64,000 bases of DNA from an uncultured virus (IMG/VR IMGVR_UViG_640069328_000004). Lineage: Duplodnaviria; Heunggongvirae; Uroviricota; Caudoviricetes. Both the position numbers and the translations under genes were made by a program. How positions within the stretch are numbered: the first letter of the stretch is position 1; the number at the start of each line of letters is the position of its first letter. The stretch lies in IMG/VR virus record IMGVR_UViG_640069328_000004; one strand, 5' to 3'. The notes below the pieces were generated by a model. The model worked only from the letters and a program-made list of their open reading frames with translations, searched no databases and was not told the origin of the DNA. This document shows positions 44,771-54,038 of the stretch, piece after piece.

Positions 44771-44993
44771 CCTCGAGATGAGCCATCAGATCGGTGCCGG
44801 CCTGATCGTCCTCGATGAGCGCCTGAACGGGAACTTCCATCGTATGAGCAAAGGCTTTCAGAAGCCGACCGCTGGGGAACTTCTTCCCGCTCTCGATCTC
44901 CGAAATGTAGCTCTTACTAGAGCCAACCATCTCGGCGAGCTGCTCCTGGGTAAGGTTCTTTGCTTTCCGTAGTTCTTTGAGGCGTACACGCAT
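44646..44993 (-). CDS. CI-like XRE repressor of P2, no S24 domain
   Basis: RLKELRKAKNLTQEQLAEMVGSSKSYISEIESGKKFPS; 115 aa. Confidence 0.88.
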   Translation of the reverse strand: MRVRLKELRKAKNLTQEQLAEMVGSSKSYISEIESGKKFPSGRLLKAFAHTMEVPVQALIEDDQAGTDLMAHLEVMRDLPEHDQKAVIRHAIGLLEHAQLSPPEPRPAKRNRGAT

Positions 44994-45007
44994 TGGCCAT
45001 TCTTGGC

Positions 45008-45077
45008 ATCGCTGAGAGCGAAACGCTAATCGCACATAGCGAACTTCCGCCTTGCGTGCTTGTTCGCTATGTGCGAA
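45008..45077. promoter_or_regulatory. P2 OR: three operators
   Basis: ATCGCTGAGAGCGAA 45008-45022, ATCGCACATAGCGAA 45029-45043, TTCGCTATGTGCGAA 45063-45077. Confidence 0.8.
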
Positions 45078-45087
45078 CTTGCGGCGC

Positions 45088-45324
45088 ATGGCTAAGCTCT
45101 CCCAGTACCTGACTGACAACCGCACGACGCAGCGCGAGTTCGCTGCCCGTCTCGGGACGTCGGCTAGCTACCTCAGCGAAATCGCTGGTGGTCGAAAGAC
45201 ACCTAGTCTCGAACTCGCGTTCGCCATCGAGCGCCTGACAGCCGGGGCGGTTCCCGCGGCCAGCTGGTTGGCGGGTTTCGATGGAGCGAACGCCGCTCAA
45301 GAAGATAAAAAGGGGGCGGCGTGA
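45088..45324 (+). CDS. Cro-like XRE protein of P2
   Basis: TQREFAARLGTSASYLSEIAGGRKTPSLELAFAIERLT. Confidence 0.85.
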   Translation: MAKLSQYLTDNRTTQREFAARLGTSASYLSEIAGGRKTPSLELAFAIERLTAGAVPAASWLAGFDGANAAQEDKKGAA

Positions 45325-45662
45325 TGCTCTACGCCGCCCCGCTCTCCGGTCGTGAAATCGCTTCGTCATCACAAACCCTGCCCAAGGGAGAAGATGGAGT
45401 GAACATGCGGAAAAATCTTGCCCAAAGTGACGTTCATGCCCGAGCGAGCCGAAAAAGGTTCGCGGGGCTTCTGTGGCGGGCCTTCCCGGCCTCGTCGGAG
45501 CGGGATCTGGCGGCGAAGGCCGCGCCGGTGCTCGGCGTGAGCGAGCGGCAGGTCCGGAACTGGCTGCAATGCGAGAACGACGCGGCGCTGCGCCATGTCT
45601 TCGCAGTCATGACCATCGCCTGCGGCGAGGAAATCTTCAGCATCATCGAGGGACGGGGATGA
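45321..45662 (+). CDS. CII-position HTH protein (alternative start 45405)
   Basis: Paralogue of 9796-10140. Confidence 0.7.
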   Translation: MMLYAAPLSGREIASSSQTLPKGEDGVNMRKNLAQSDVHARASRKRFAGLLWRAFPASSERDLAAKAAPVLGVSERQVRNWLQCENDAALRHVFAVMTIACGEEIFSIIEGRG

Positions 45663-45907
45663 GGCGGGTCTATTGGTATCTCATGCAGCGGTTCTACGAG
45701 GCGCGGTCCTTCCGCGCCTTCTGCAACCATCTGCACTTCAAGAAACAGTCGCGGAAATATTCTTCCCGGCTGGCCGAGACATGGCTGCACCGTGAGGACG
45801 GGAGCGAGGAGCATTCGCCTTGCCGCCTGCCCTCCTGCTGGTGGCTCGTGCCGTCCGTGGTGACCGGCACCCTGATCCTCGCCACGGCTTTCGGAAGCCT
45901 ACTGTGA
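45659..45907 (+). CDS. Small protein with C-terminal TM segment
   Basis: Paralogue of 10137-10388. Confidence 0.65.
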   Translation: MRRVYWYLMQRFYEARSFRAFCNHLHFKKQSRKYSSRLAETWLHREDGSEEHSPCRLPSCWWLVPSVVTGTLILATAFGSLL

Positions 45908-46455
45908 CCGCCGCCGCGCCCTTGCCTGTACAGGACGCGGCCACTTCGCCGGGGGCTGCGGCCTCCGGCGCTTTTCGATCGAGCGGGTGGGCCGCGCTGC
46001 GGCGTCATCCTGCAGGGCGCGCGGATCTCCTGCGCTGGCATGCCGACCCGGCACTCGTCGCGCGGCATGCGCGCTGGGGCCGGCCGGTCTATCTGGCGAG
46101 CCCTTACACGCTCCGCGCGGTCGGCCCGGACGGGCGCTGGTCGCGGGATCAGTCCGAGGCCGCGATGGCCGACGCCGCGCGCGAGGTGGCCCGGCTCCTC
46201 GAGGTCGGCGTCACGGCGATCTCGCCGGTGGTGCTCTCGGCCGCCGCGCTGCATGCCACCATGTACCCCCGGCTCCGGATCGACCCGTTCGCTCCGGTCC
46301 TCTGGGAGGATTGGTGCCGCCCCATCCTGTCCGTCTGCGCCGCCGTCGTGGTCCCCAAGATCCGCGGCTGGACGCAATCCACCGGCATCCGGCACGAGGT
46401 CGCATCCGCCCTCGCCGCCCAGGTGCCCGTCTTCATCTATGGAGGCCTGCCATGA
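45904..46455 (+). CDS. DUF1937-like protein
   Basis: VYLASPYT...GWTQSTGIRHE; paralogue of 10531-11049. Confidence 0.75.
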   Translation: MTAAAPLPVQDAATSPGAAASGAFRSSGWAALRRHPAGRADLLRWHADPALVARHARWGRPVYLASPYTLRAVGPDGRWSRDQSEAAMADAAREVARLLEVGVTAISPVVLSAAALHATMYPRLRIDPFAPVLWEDWCRPILSVCAAVVVPKIRGWTQSTGIRHEVASALAAQVPVFIYGGLP

Positions 46456-46494
46456 CGAAGCCTGACCGCTTCCGACGCGCCGCGGGAGGTGCCC

Positions 46495-47151
46495 GTGCCG
46501 CATGACCGACTGACCGAGACCGAGCCCGCGACCGAGATCCTCGGCGACTTCTGGGAATATCCGCTGGCCTTCGGCGACACGCTCTCGAGCCATGAATGGG
46601 TGCCCCTGCACATCAACCGTCTCCTCACTTCCCGCTTCGTCGCCCGGGCGCTCGCCGAGAACCGGCGCGCTGACATCGGCACCGCCCTCCTCCTCTGGTG
46701 CGAGGCCTTCCGGCAGGACCCGGCCGGGACGCTGCCCGACGACGATCTCGAGCTCGCCCGGCTTGCGGGCTACGGCGCCGACCTCGAGAGCTGGCGGGCG
46801 GCCCGCGAGGGCGCGCTCTATGGCTGGCGCGAGACCCATATCTCGAACCAGGAGGAGGCGCCGGGCAACCGCCGGCTCGGCCATGTGATGATCGCAGGCA
46901 TCGCCCGCGACATGCACCGCCGGAAGCGCGGGCGCGATCAGGCGCGGACGGAAGGCTCGAAGGCCGTGGCGCGGACGCGGGTGAAGAAGAAGCTCATCGA
47001 GATCAAATGCTCCCGCGCGGCCGAGAGCCCGGACGTGGTGATTGCCATCGCGGACTGGCTCGGCGAGCGCGATCTCTACATCACGACGGACAATGTGCGG
47101 GCCGCCTTCGAGGCCACGCGCGGCGGGCCCAAGCTCGTGCAGGTCCAATGA
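46495..47151 (+). CDS. Putative replication initiator, P2
   Basis: Paralogue of 11793-12437; GGAGG before GTG. Confidence 0.65.
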   Translation: MPHDRLTETEPATEILGDFWEYPLAFGDTLSSHEWVPLHINRLLTSRFVARALAENRRADIGTALLLWCEAFRQDPAGTLPDDDLELARLAGYGADLESWRAAREGALYGWRETHISNQEEAPGNRRLGHVMIAGIARDMHRRKRGRDQARTEGSKAVARTRVKKKLIEIKCSRAAESPDVVIAIADWLGERDLYITTDNVRAAFEATRGGPKLVQVQ

Positions 47152-47280
47152 GTTACAGCTGTAATCGGCTGTAATCGACTGCAATCCTTACAGTCATTTA
47201 CAGCAATTTTCAGGGCCGGAACTGTAATTGCCCCACAGGACAGGACCGGACCCGACAAAACAGAACCTGACAAAACACCC
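47152..47280. repeat. Putative P2 origin (iterons)
   Basis: CTGTAA/TTACAG-type hexamers at 47153, 47159, 47169, 47179, 47188, 47198, 47208, 47222. Confidence 0.65.
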
Positions 47281-47349
47281 CTTCTGCAGGGGTGAGAAGA
47301 TCGGGCGGTGGCGAGACGGCAGGCGTGGCTGGCTGAGAAAGGGATGGCC

Positions 47350-47928
47350 ATGACGAAGGCAGAGGAGCGGGCGCGGGTGAAGGCGCTGGTGGTGGACCGG
47401 CTGGAGCAGGCCGGGATGGTGAGACGGCGCGGCATGGCCGCCGCGGCGCATGAGGCGGCGATGGCCAGGCTCTGCGAGCAGCTGGGCTACATGGGGGCGG
47501 AGAACCTGATGACGCTCGCCGAGGTGCTGATCGACAGCGCGGCGGATGGCGTCTGGCCGTCCGAGGTGCTGATCCGGCAGTTCGCGCGCGCCATCGAGGA
47601 GCCGCCGCCGGCCGAGCGGCGGCTGGTCTCCAGCTGGCTCGCCTCGGTCGAGGGGCCGAAGGCGGAAGCGGGCGGGCATCTGGTCGAACTCTACCGCTGG
47701 CTCCTGAAGCACCCCCGCCCGCCGCTTGCGATGGACCTGCGCGAGATCCGCGACCAGGCGGCGGAGAACGCGCGGCGCTGCGAGCTGACCCGCGACCGGA
47801 TCGACCGGGAGACGGCGAGCCCGGAGGATCGGGGCTGGCTCGAGCAATATCTGCGGGATCGGGAGGCGGCCCGCGCGCTGGTCGATGCCGGCCGCGGACG
47901 GACGGACGAGGAAGGAACGGCGGCATGA
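47350..47928 (+). CDS. Conserved hypothetical protein, replication block
   Basis: Paralogue of 12646-13230. Confidence 0.75.
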   Translation: MTKAEERARVKALVVDRLEQAGMVRRRGMAAAAHEAAMARLCEQLGYMGAENLMTLAEVLIDSAADGVWPSEVLIRQFARAIEEPPPAERRLVSSWLASVEGPKAEAGGHLVELYRWLLKHPRPPLAMDLREIRDQAAENARRCELTRDRIDRETASPEDRGWLEQYLRDREAARALVDAGRGRTDEEGTAA

Positions 47929-48587
47929 TCGGACGGGCGGTGGATATGCGGCAGGCACGGAGGGTGGCGCCGGCGCGGCGGGAGATGTCGATCGAGCGCG
48001 CGCTCGTCTGGGCGTTCCAGACCGAATGCGCCAGCATCGACTTTGCCGAAGAGGCTGCGCCGGACAGCTATCGCCGGGCCATCTCGTCGGCCTGGCTGGT
48101 CGCGCAGCGGGGCGCCATCGGGTGCCGCATCGACGGCGGCGGGCACTCCCTTCCGGCTGACGATGCCGAGATGATCGCCTCGGCCGTGGCGGCGCTGCCG
48201 CCCGAGCATGGCGGGCGCGGCATGGCGGTGAAGATCGCCACCCTCGCGCGCGCCGGCATGCGGCCCGACTGGATGCCCGGCGCCCGCCCGCGTTGCGTGC
48301 CGCGGGAGTGGCGCCGATCCAAGCACGGGATGTTCGCGCGGATCGAGGTGGTGGATGAGATCGTGACGGTGCATCGCGGGCGTCGGGTGGTCCGCCCGGT
48401 CGAGGCCTGTCCTGTGACCTATGCCCCGAGCCACGCCCAGATTGCCGCCGCGCGGCGGGAGTGGCTCACATGGTGGGGGGCTTTGCTCCATCTCGGCCAC
48501 GAGCTGCGCACGCTCGATATTCTATCGACGGTCAAACTGACCGCAGACATGCCGCCCATGTCGCCATGGCGCGAAGAAGGCCGTTGA
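47925..48587 (+). CDS. Conserved hypothetical protein in the late-regulator position
   Basis: Paralogue of 13227-13889. Confidence 0.7.
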   Translation: MIGRAVDMRQARRVAPARREMSIERALVWAFQTECASIDFAEEAAPDSYRRAISSAWLVAQRGAIGCRIDGGGHSLPADDAEMIASAVAALPPEHGGRGMAVKIATLARAGMRPDWMPGARPRCVPREWRRSKHGMFARIEVVDEIVTVHRGRRVVRPVEACPVTYAPSHAQIAAARREWLTWWGALLHLGHELRTLDILSTVKLTADMPPMSPWREEGR

Positions 48588-48666
48588 CAGAACCTCACTG
48601 CATTGACATTTTGCAGGTGGACCGAATGGCGCCCGGAGAGCAGACGCTCCCCGGGCGCTTTGCATT
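48584..48666 (+). promoter_or_regulatory. Putative late promoter and leader terminator, P2
   Basis: TTGACA-N17-CATTTT; hairpin 48629-48658 plus TTT. Confidence 0.65.
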
Positions 48667-48678
48667 CCGGGGGCGCCG

Positions 48679-49395
48679 ATGGACCTGTCTCTTCGCATGG
48701 AGGATGGCGGGATCGGCCGGGCGCTGGCGCGGCTCGGCGGCCCGGATCTGCGGCGCGCGGTGAGCTGGGCGCTGAACGACACGGCGCAGGATGTGCTCGG
48801 CCATGTGCAGGAGCGGATGGGGCAGGTTTTCGACCGGCCGACGCCCTTCACGAAGAACGCCTTCATGGTCTGGCGGTCGACGCCGCAGTCGCTCGAGGCG
48901 GCGGTGCAGGAGCGCCCGAGCGTGGGCGCCCGGCATTACCTGAAGGTGCAGGAGCGGGGCGGGCCGCGCGGCCGCACCGGGTTCGAGACGCTGCTCGACC
49001 GCAGGCTCTCGTTCGCGGGCGATATCCGCTCGGTGATCCCGGCGGACAATGCCCGGCTCGATGCCTACGGCAACTGGTCGCGCGGGGAGCGCAATCAGGT
49101 GCTCTCGGCGCTGCAGGCGCAGGGCGATGCCCGGGCGAACACGACGGCAGGCTCGAAGAAGCGCAACCGGCGCCGGGCCAGCTACTTCGTGCCGAAGGCG
49201 GGCCTCACGCCGGGGGTCTACAAGCGGACGGCCGGCGGCCAGCTGGGGATCGTGGCGGTGCTCTCGCCGAAGGTGCCGGTCTATCAGCAGCGTCTCGGCT
49301 TCTACGAAGGCGCCGAGGATGTGGCGCGGGTGAAGCTGCCCCAGCACCTCGGCCGGACCCTCGGTCGGGCGTTCGGCAAGCGGTTCGGGGGCTGA
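48679..49395 (+). CDS. Neck/tail-completion-like protein located upstream of terS
   Basis: AVSWALNDTAQ...FDRPTPFTKNAF...YLKVQERGGPR. Confidence 0.6.
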   Translation: MDLSLRMEDGGIGRALARLGGPDLRRAVSWALNDTAQDVLGHVQERMGQVFDRPTPFTKNAFMVWRSTPQSLEAAVQERPSVGARHYLKVQERGGPRGRTGFETLLDRRLSFAGDIRSVIPADNARLDAYGNWSRGERNQVLSALQAQGDARANTTAGSKKRNRRRASYFVPKAGLTPGVYKRTAGGQLGIVAVLSPKVPVYQQRLGFYEGAEDVARVKLPQHLGRTLGRAFGKRFGG

Positions 49396-49450
49396 CCCCC
49401 CTTCGGGTCCTCCCCCCGAGGGGTCCGCACGCGGGTAATTCGCACCCCGT
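49395..49450 (+). other. Candidate lambda-type cos region
   Basis: GGGTCCT (identical to lambda cosQ) at 49405-49411, then GCGGGTAATTCG, just upstream of terS. Confidence 0.45.
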
Positions 49451-49523
49451 CACAGATCGGACCGCCCAATCCCGCCGGGGTGCAGGTTGCGGTTCTTGTT
49501 GTTGTTTCTACAGGAGTAAGCCC

Positions 49524-50180
49524 GTGCTGACCACCGTCACCCTCGTCGATGGGAGCGTGCTCGACCTCGCGGCCTGGCCGCTTCCCGAGGGGATGGAGGA
49601 CGGCACGCTCAACCGCGCGCAGCTCGCCCGCGCCTTCTCGGTCTCCGAGAACACGATCACGAAGTGGATCTCGCAAGGCATGCCGGTCATGTCCGACGGG
49701 CAGAACGGCGTGGCCTACGAGTTCCGCCTCCGGCACTGCTACGCCTGGCGCATGGAACGCGATGCCCGTGCGCGCGCGGCCAAGGCCCAGGGCGACAGGC
49801 TCGCAGCCCAGGCCGCACTGGCCTTCCGCAACCTCGACGAGGATCAGGCCGAGGAGGAGGCGGAGCTCACCGCGGACGATCTGAAGAAATGGTCCGAGGC
49901 CGAGTATCACCGCAACCGGGTGGCCGAGCAGCGGGGCGATCTGGTGCGCGCAGGCCGGATGCGCGAGCTCCTCGAGGAGCTCATGGTCTCCTTCGGCAAT
50001 GCGCTCGATACGCTGCCGGACTTCTGCGAGCTGAACTTCAGCCTCTCGGCCGAGCAGGTGGCGAAGCTGCAGGAGCGCTGCGATGCGGCCCGGATCGACG
50101 CGCGGGCGCGGATCGAGGGCGCGCTCCTGCGGCCCGGCGAGGTCGTGGCCATGGGCGCGCAGAAGGCGCTGGATCTCTGA
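49524..50180 (+). CDS. Terminase small subunit (Nu1/DUF1441-like)
   Basis: AGGAG RBS; LNRAQLARAFSVSENTITKWISQGMP wHTH. Confidence 0.85.
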   Translation: MLTTVTLVDGSVLDLAAWPLPEGMEDGTLNRAQLARAFSVSENTITKWISQGMPVMSDGQNGVAYEFRLRHCYAWRMERDARARAAKAQGDRLAAQAALAFRNLDEDQAEEEAELTADDLKKWSEAEYHRNRVAEQRGDLVRAGRMRELLEELMVSFGNALDTLPDFCELNFSLSAEQVAKLQERCDAARIDARARIEGALLRPGEVVAMGAQKALDL

Positions 50181-52342
50181 TGGTCGAGATGCTCGACCGC
50201 GGCATCGGGCGGCTCACCCGCATTCCGCCCCTGCCGCCCTTCACCGCCCCCGAGGAGATCCTGGCCGACGCCCTGCCGCTCCTCGATCCGCCGAGCCGGG
50301 TCACGGTGACCGAGGCGGCCCAGCGGCACATGCGCGTGCCGGTGCAGGGCAACTGGGTGCCCTTCGACCGGGCGGTGACGCCCTATACCGTCGAGCCCGC
50401 GGACATGACCCAGTCGCGCCGCTTCAAGGCCGTGGTCTTTCTCGGGCCGTCGCAGAGCGGCAAGAGCCAGATGATGCAGTCGGTCTCGGCCCATGCCGTC
50501 ACCTGCGCGCCGGGCCCGGTGCAGGTCATCCACATGACCAAGACCGATGCCGATGCGTGGGTGGAGGAGAAGCTCGACCCCACGATCCTGAACAGCCCGG
50601 CGCTCCGCGAGCGGCTGGGGACCGGGCGCGACGACAGCACCTTCAGCCGCAAGCGCTTCAAGGGCATGCGGCTCACCATCGGCTATCCGGTGCCGAACCA
50701 GCTCTCGAGCCGGTCGCAGCGCCTCGTGATGCTGACCGATTACGATCACATGCCCCAGAAGCTGGGGCCGAAGGACAGCCCGGAAGGTTCGCCCTTCGGC
50801 ATGGCGCTGCAGCGGATCCGCACCTTCATGAGCCGGGGCTGCGTCCTGGCGGAATCCTCGCCCGCCTTCCCGGTGGACCCGAATGCGGACTGGGCGCCGC
50901 ATGCGGGCCATCCGCACATGCTGCCGCCGGCCACGGCCGGGCTCGTGCCGATCTACAACGAGGGCACGCGCGGGCGCTGGTACTGGGAATGTCCGGACTG
51001 CGGCGATCTCTTCGAGCCGCGCTTCGACCGGCTGCATTACGACGCGGAGCTCGATCCGGGCGCCGCCGGCGAGCAGGCGATGATGGAATGCCCGCACTGC
51101 GGAACGCTCATCGCCCACCGTCACAAGGTCGGCCTCAACCGCGCCGCGCTCGAGGGTCGTGGCGGCTGGCTGCACGAGGGCCGCCACATCGAGGCGAACG
51201 GGCGCCGGGCGCTGGTCCGGATCGACGATCCCGACATCCGGCGCACGCCCATCGCGAGCTACAGTCTGAACGGGGCCGCCGCGGCCTTCGCCTCGTGGGA
51301 AGAGCTGGTCCAGCGCTACGAGACCGAGCGGCGGCGGTTCGAGGCGCTCGGCGACGACACCGACTTCGCCCGGGTGCATTACACCGACATCGGCGTGCCC
51401 TACCGGCGCCCGGAGGCCGAAGAGGAGGGCGCCCTCACCGCGGCGCAGATCCGTGAGCACATGCGCGAGCAGGAGAGGCGCCTCGCCCCGGCCTGGACGC
51501 GCTTCGTCACGGTCTCGATCGACGTGCAGGGCAACCGCTTCGAGGTGCTGGTCATGGCCTGGGGCGCGCAGGGCGAGCGGATGCCGATCGACCGGTTCGC
51601 CGTGGCGCAGCCTCCCGACCATGCCCCGCGCGCGAAGGGCTGTGACGACCGCTACCGGGCGCTCGACCCCGGGCGCTATGTCGAGGATGCCGATGCGCTC
51701 CTCGATCTGCCCGAGCGTCTCTACCCGGTGGAGGGGGCGAGCTGGAGCCTGAAGCCCTGCGCGCTGGTGATCGACTTCAATGGCCCTGCCGGCTGGTCGG
51801 ACAATGCCGAGAAGTTCTGGCGCGCGCGCAGGCGCGACGGTCAGGGCGGGCTCTGGTGGCTCTCGATCGGCCGCGGCGGCTTCCAGCAGCGCGACCGGGT
51901 CTGGCACGAGGCGCCGGAGCGGGGCTCGAAGGGCAGGCGGGCGCGCGGCATCAAGCTGCTGAACATGGCGACCGACCGGATGAAGGAGAGCGTCCTCGCG
52001 GCCGTCGGCCGGTTCGAGGGCGGTCAGGGCGCCCAGCATGTGCCCTCTTGGCTCGAGGCGGAGCATCTCGACGAGCTCCTCGCCGAGCGCCGGGGCGCCA
52101 AAGGCTACGAGAAGCGCACGCCCGCCGCCCGCAACGAGACGCTCGACCTCTCGGTGCAGGCGTTGGCCGTGGCGGAGTTCAAGGGGCTGAACCGGATCGA
52201 CTGGGAGGCGCCGCCCGCCTGGGCCGAGGCGGGGCCCGCCAACCCGTTCGCCGTGGCCGTGTCCGCGGCTGCGGCAGAGGCCGCACCGGCCCCGCGCCGG
52301 CGCGCGCGGACCTCGCGCTCGCGATACATGGAGGGATCATGA
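50180..52342 (+). CDS. terL: Terminase large subunit, lambda GpA family
   Basis: GPSQSGKS, TDYD, CPDC...CPHC, IDVQ, RNETLDL. Confidence 0.92.
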   Translation: MVEMLDRGIGRLTRIPPLPPFTAPEEILADALPLLDPPSRVTVTEAAQRHMRVPVQGNWVPFDRAVTPYTVEPADMTQSRRFKAVVFLGPSQSGKSQMMQSVSAHAVTCAPGPVQVIHMTKTDADAWVEEKLDPTILNSPALRERLGTGRDDSTFSRKRFKGMRLTIGYPVPNQLSSRSQRLVMLTDYDHMPQKLGPKDSPEGSPFGMALQRIRTFMSRGCVLAESSPAFPVDPNADWAPHAGHPHMLPPATAGLVPIYNEGTRGRWYWECPDCGDLFEPRFDRLHYDAELDPGAAGEQAMMECPHCGTLIAHRHKVGLNRAALEGRGGWLHEGRHIEANGRRALVRIDDPDIRRTPIASYSLNGAAAAFASWEELVQRYETERRRFEALGDDTDFARVHYTDIGVPYRRPEAEEEGALTAAQIREHMREQERRLAPAWTRFVTVSIDVQGNRFEVLVMAWGAQGERMPIDRFAVAQPPDHAPRAKGCDDRYRALDPGRYVEDADALLDLPERLYPVEGASWSLKPCALVIDFNGPAGWSDNAEKFWRARRRDGQGGLWWLSIGRGGFQQRDRVWHEAPERGSKGRRARGIKLLNMATDRMKESVLAAVGRFEGGQGAQHVPSWLEAEHLDELLAERRGAKGYEKRTPAARNETLDLSVQALAVAEFKGLNRIDWEAPPAWAEAGPANPFAVAVSAAAAEAAPAPRRRARTSRSRYMEGS

Positions 52343-52548
52343 CGCTCGACGATATGGAGCGGCGGCTCACGGGGCTGCTCGACATCCGCCACCGGGGCGT
52401 GCGGTCGGGCTCGGTCGGGTCCGAACGGGTGGAGTATCAGAGCGATGCCGATCTCGCGCGGGCCATTGCCGATCTCGAACGGCGCATCGCGAAGGCGCGG
52501 AAGACGGCGCGCCGGGTGATCCGGCCCTATGCGGTGAAGGATCTGTGA
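52339..52548 (+). CDS. gpW-like head-tail joining protein
   Basis: GVRS...VEYQSDADLARAIADLE. Confidence 0.8.
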   Translation: MTLDDMERRLTGLLDIRHRGVRSGSVGSERVEYQSDADLARAIADLERRIAKARKTARRVIRPYAVKDL

Positions 52549-54038
52549 TGGCGGGGACCTTCCTGCGCCGGCTCGGCGCCTGGGTCGGCGGGTTCGATGC
52601 GGGCCTCGCCAACCGGCGCCTGCGCGGCTTCCGCCCCGCACGCGCCCATGTGAATGCGCTTCTCGCCGCGGCCGGCCCCGACATGAACGCCCGCGCGCGC
52701 TACCTCGTGCGCAACAACGGCTATGCCCAGGGCGCGCTCGACAGCTGGGCCGCGAACACGGTCGGCACCGGGGTGAAGCCCTCCTCGCTCATCGCGGCGC
52801 CGGCGCGGAAGGCAGCCCTCCAGCGGCTCTGGCAGGACTGGACCGACGAGGCGGATGCCGAGGGCGTGACCGACTTCTACGGCCTGCAGCGCCGCATCGC
52901 GCGCGAGTTCTTCCTCACGGGCGAATGCTTCGTGCGCCTGCGCGCGCGGAGGCCCGGCGACGGGCTCACGGTGCCGCTCCAGCTCCAGTGCCTGCCCTCC
53001 GAGATGCTGCCGATCGGCCGGACCGAGGTGCTGGGCGGCGGGCGCGCGATCCGGCAGGGGATCGAGTTCGACGCGGTGGGCCGGCGGGTGGCCTATCACT
53101 TCCATCGCCGCCATCCGGGCGATCCGACCGAGCCGGGGCTTGCGGGCGAGACGGTGCGCGTGCCGGCCGAGGATGTGCTCCACATCGTCGATCCGGTCGA
53201 GAGCGGCCAGCTCCGCGGCGTCTCGCGCTTCGCGCCCGCCATCGTGAAGCTCTTCCTGCTCGATCAGTACGACGATGCCGAACTCGACCGGAAGAAGGTC
53301 GCGGCCATGTATGCGATGTTCATCACCTCGAACGATCCGGATGCGGCGCCGCTCGAGGGCGAGCTGGGCGATCAGGTGGCGCCGGGGCAGATCGTGCGTC
53401 TCGACCCGGGCGAGGACATGAAGGTGGCCGATCCCGCGGACTCGGGCGCGACCTACGAGCCGTTCCAGTACCGCACGCTCCTGCAGGTCTCGGCCGCGCT
53501 CGGGATCCCCTACGCCCATCTCTCGCAGGACATGGTGAAGGCGAACTATTCCAATGCCCGCACCGCGCTCATGGAATTCCGCCGCCGGGTCGAGGCCTTC
53601 CAGCATTCGGTCCTCGTCTATCAGCTCTGCCGTCCGGTCTGGGCGCGCTTCACCGATCTCGCGGTGCTGACCGGAGCGGTGCGGCTGCCGGGCTATGAGC
53701 GCCGGAGGCGGGACTATCTCGCCTGCGAGTGGCTGCCGCCGAAGTGGCAATGGGTCGATCCGCTGAAGGACATCCGCGCCGAGATCGAGGAGATCGGCGC
53801 GGGCCTCAAAAGCCGGTCGCAGGCGATCGGGGAGCGCGGCTACGACGCCGAGGAGGTCGATCGCCAGATCGCCGCCGACCGCAAGCGCGAGGGGCGGCTC
53901 GGGCTCGACTTCCGCCGCAGCGCGCAGGGCTCCTCCGCACCTGCGGCGCAGGACGGGGCGCGCGCCGACGAGGAGGACGACGAGGATGACGACGGCCGCG
54001 CGGCGGACCGCGACGCCGGCAGGAGGGCAGAGCCATGA
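52545..54038 (+). CDS. Portal protein, lambda family
   Basis: RARYLVRNNGY, GQLRGVS, NYSNAR, WVDPLKD. Confidence 0.95.
   Translation: MMAGTFLRRLGAWVGGFDAGLANRRLRGFRPARAHVNALLAAAGPDMNARARYLVRNNGYAQGALDSWAANTVGTGVKPSSLIAAPARKAALQRLWQDWTDEADAEGVTDFYGLQRRIAREFFLTGECFVRLRARRPGDGLTVPLQLQCLPSEMLPIGRTEVLGGGRAIRQGIEFDAVGRRVAYHFHRRHPGDPTEPGLAGETVRVPAEDVLHIVDPVESGQLRGVSRFAPAIVKLFLLDQYDDAELDRKKVAAMYAMFITSNDPDAAPLEGELGDQVAPGQIVRLDPGEDMKVADPADSGATYEPFQYRTLLQVSAALGIPYAHLSQDMVKANYSNARTALMEFRRRVEAFQHSVLVYQLCRPVWARFTDLAVLTGAVRLPGYERRRRDYLACEWLPPKWQWVDPLKDIRAEIEEIGAGLKSRSQAIGERGYDAEEVDRQIAADRKREGRLGLDFRRSAQGSSAPAAQDGARADEEDDEDDDGRAADRDAGRRAEP

Noticed and set aside
47153..47227. P2 origin TTACAG repeats as integrase arm sites
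   Set aside because: Over 7 kb from any att core and positionally equivalent to the different P1 iterons; a 6-bp match is likely coincidental
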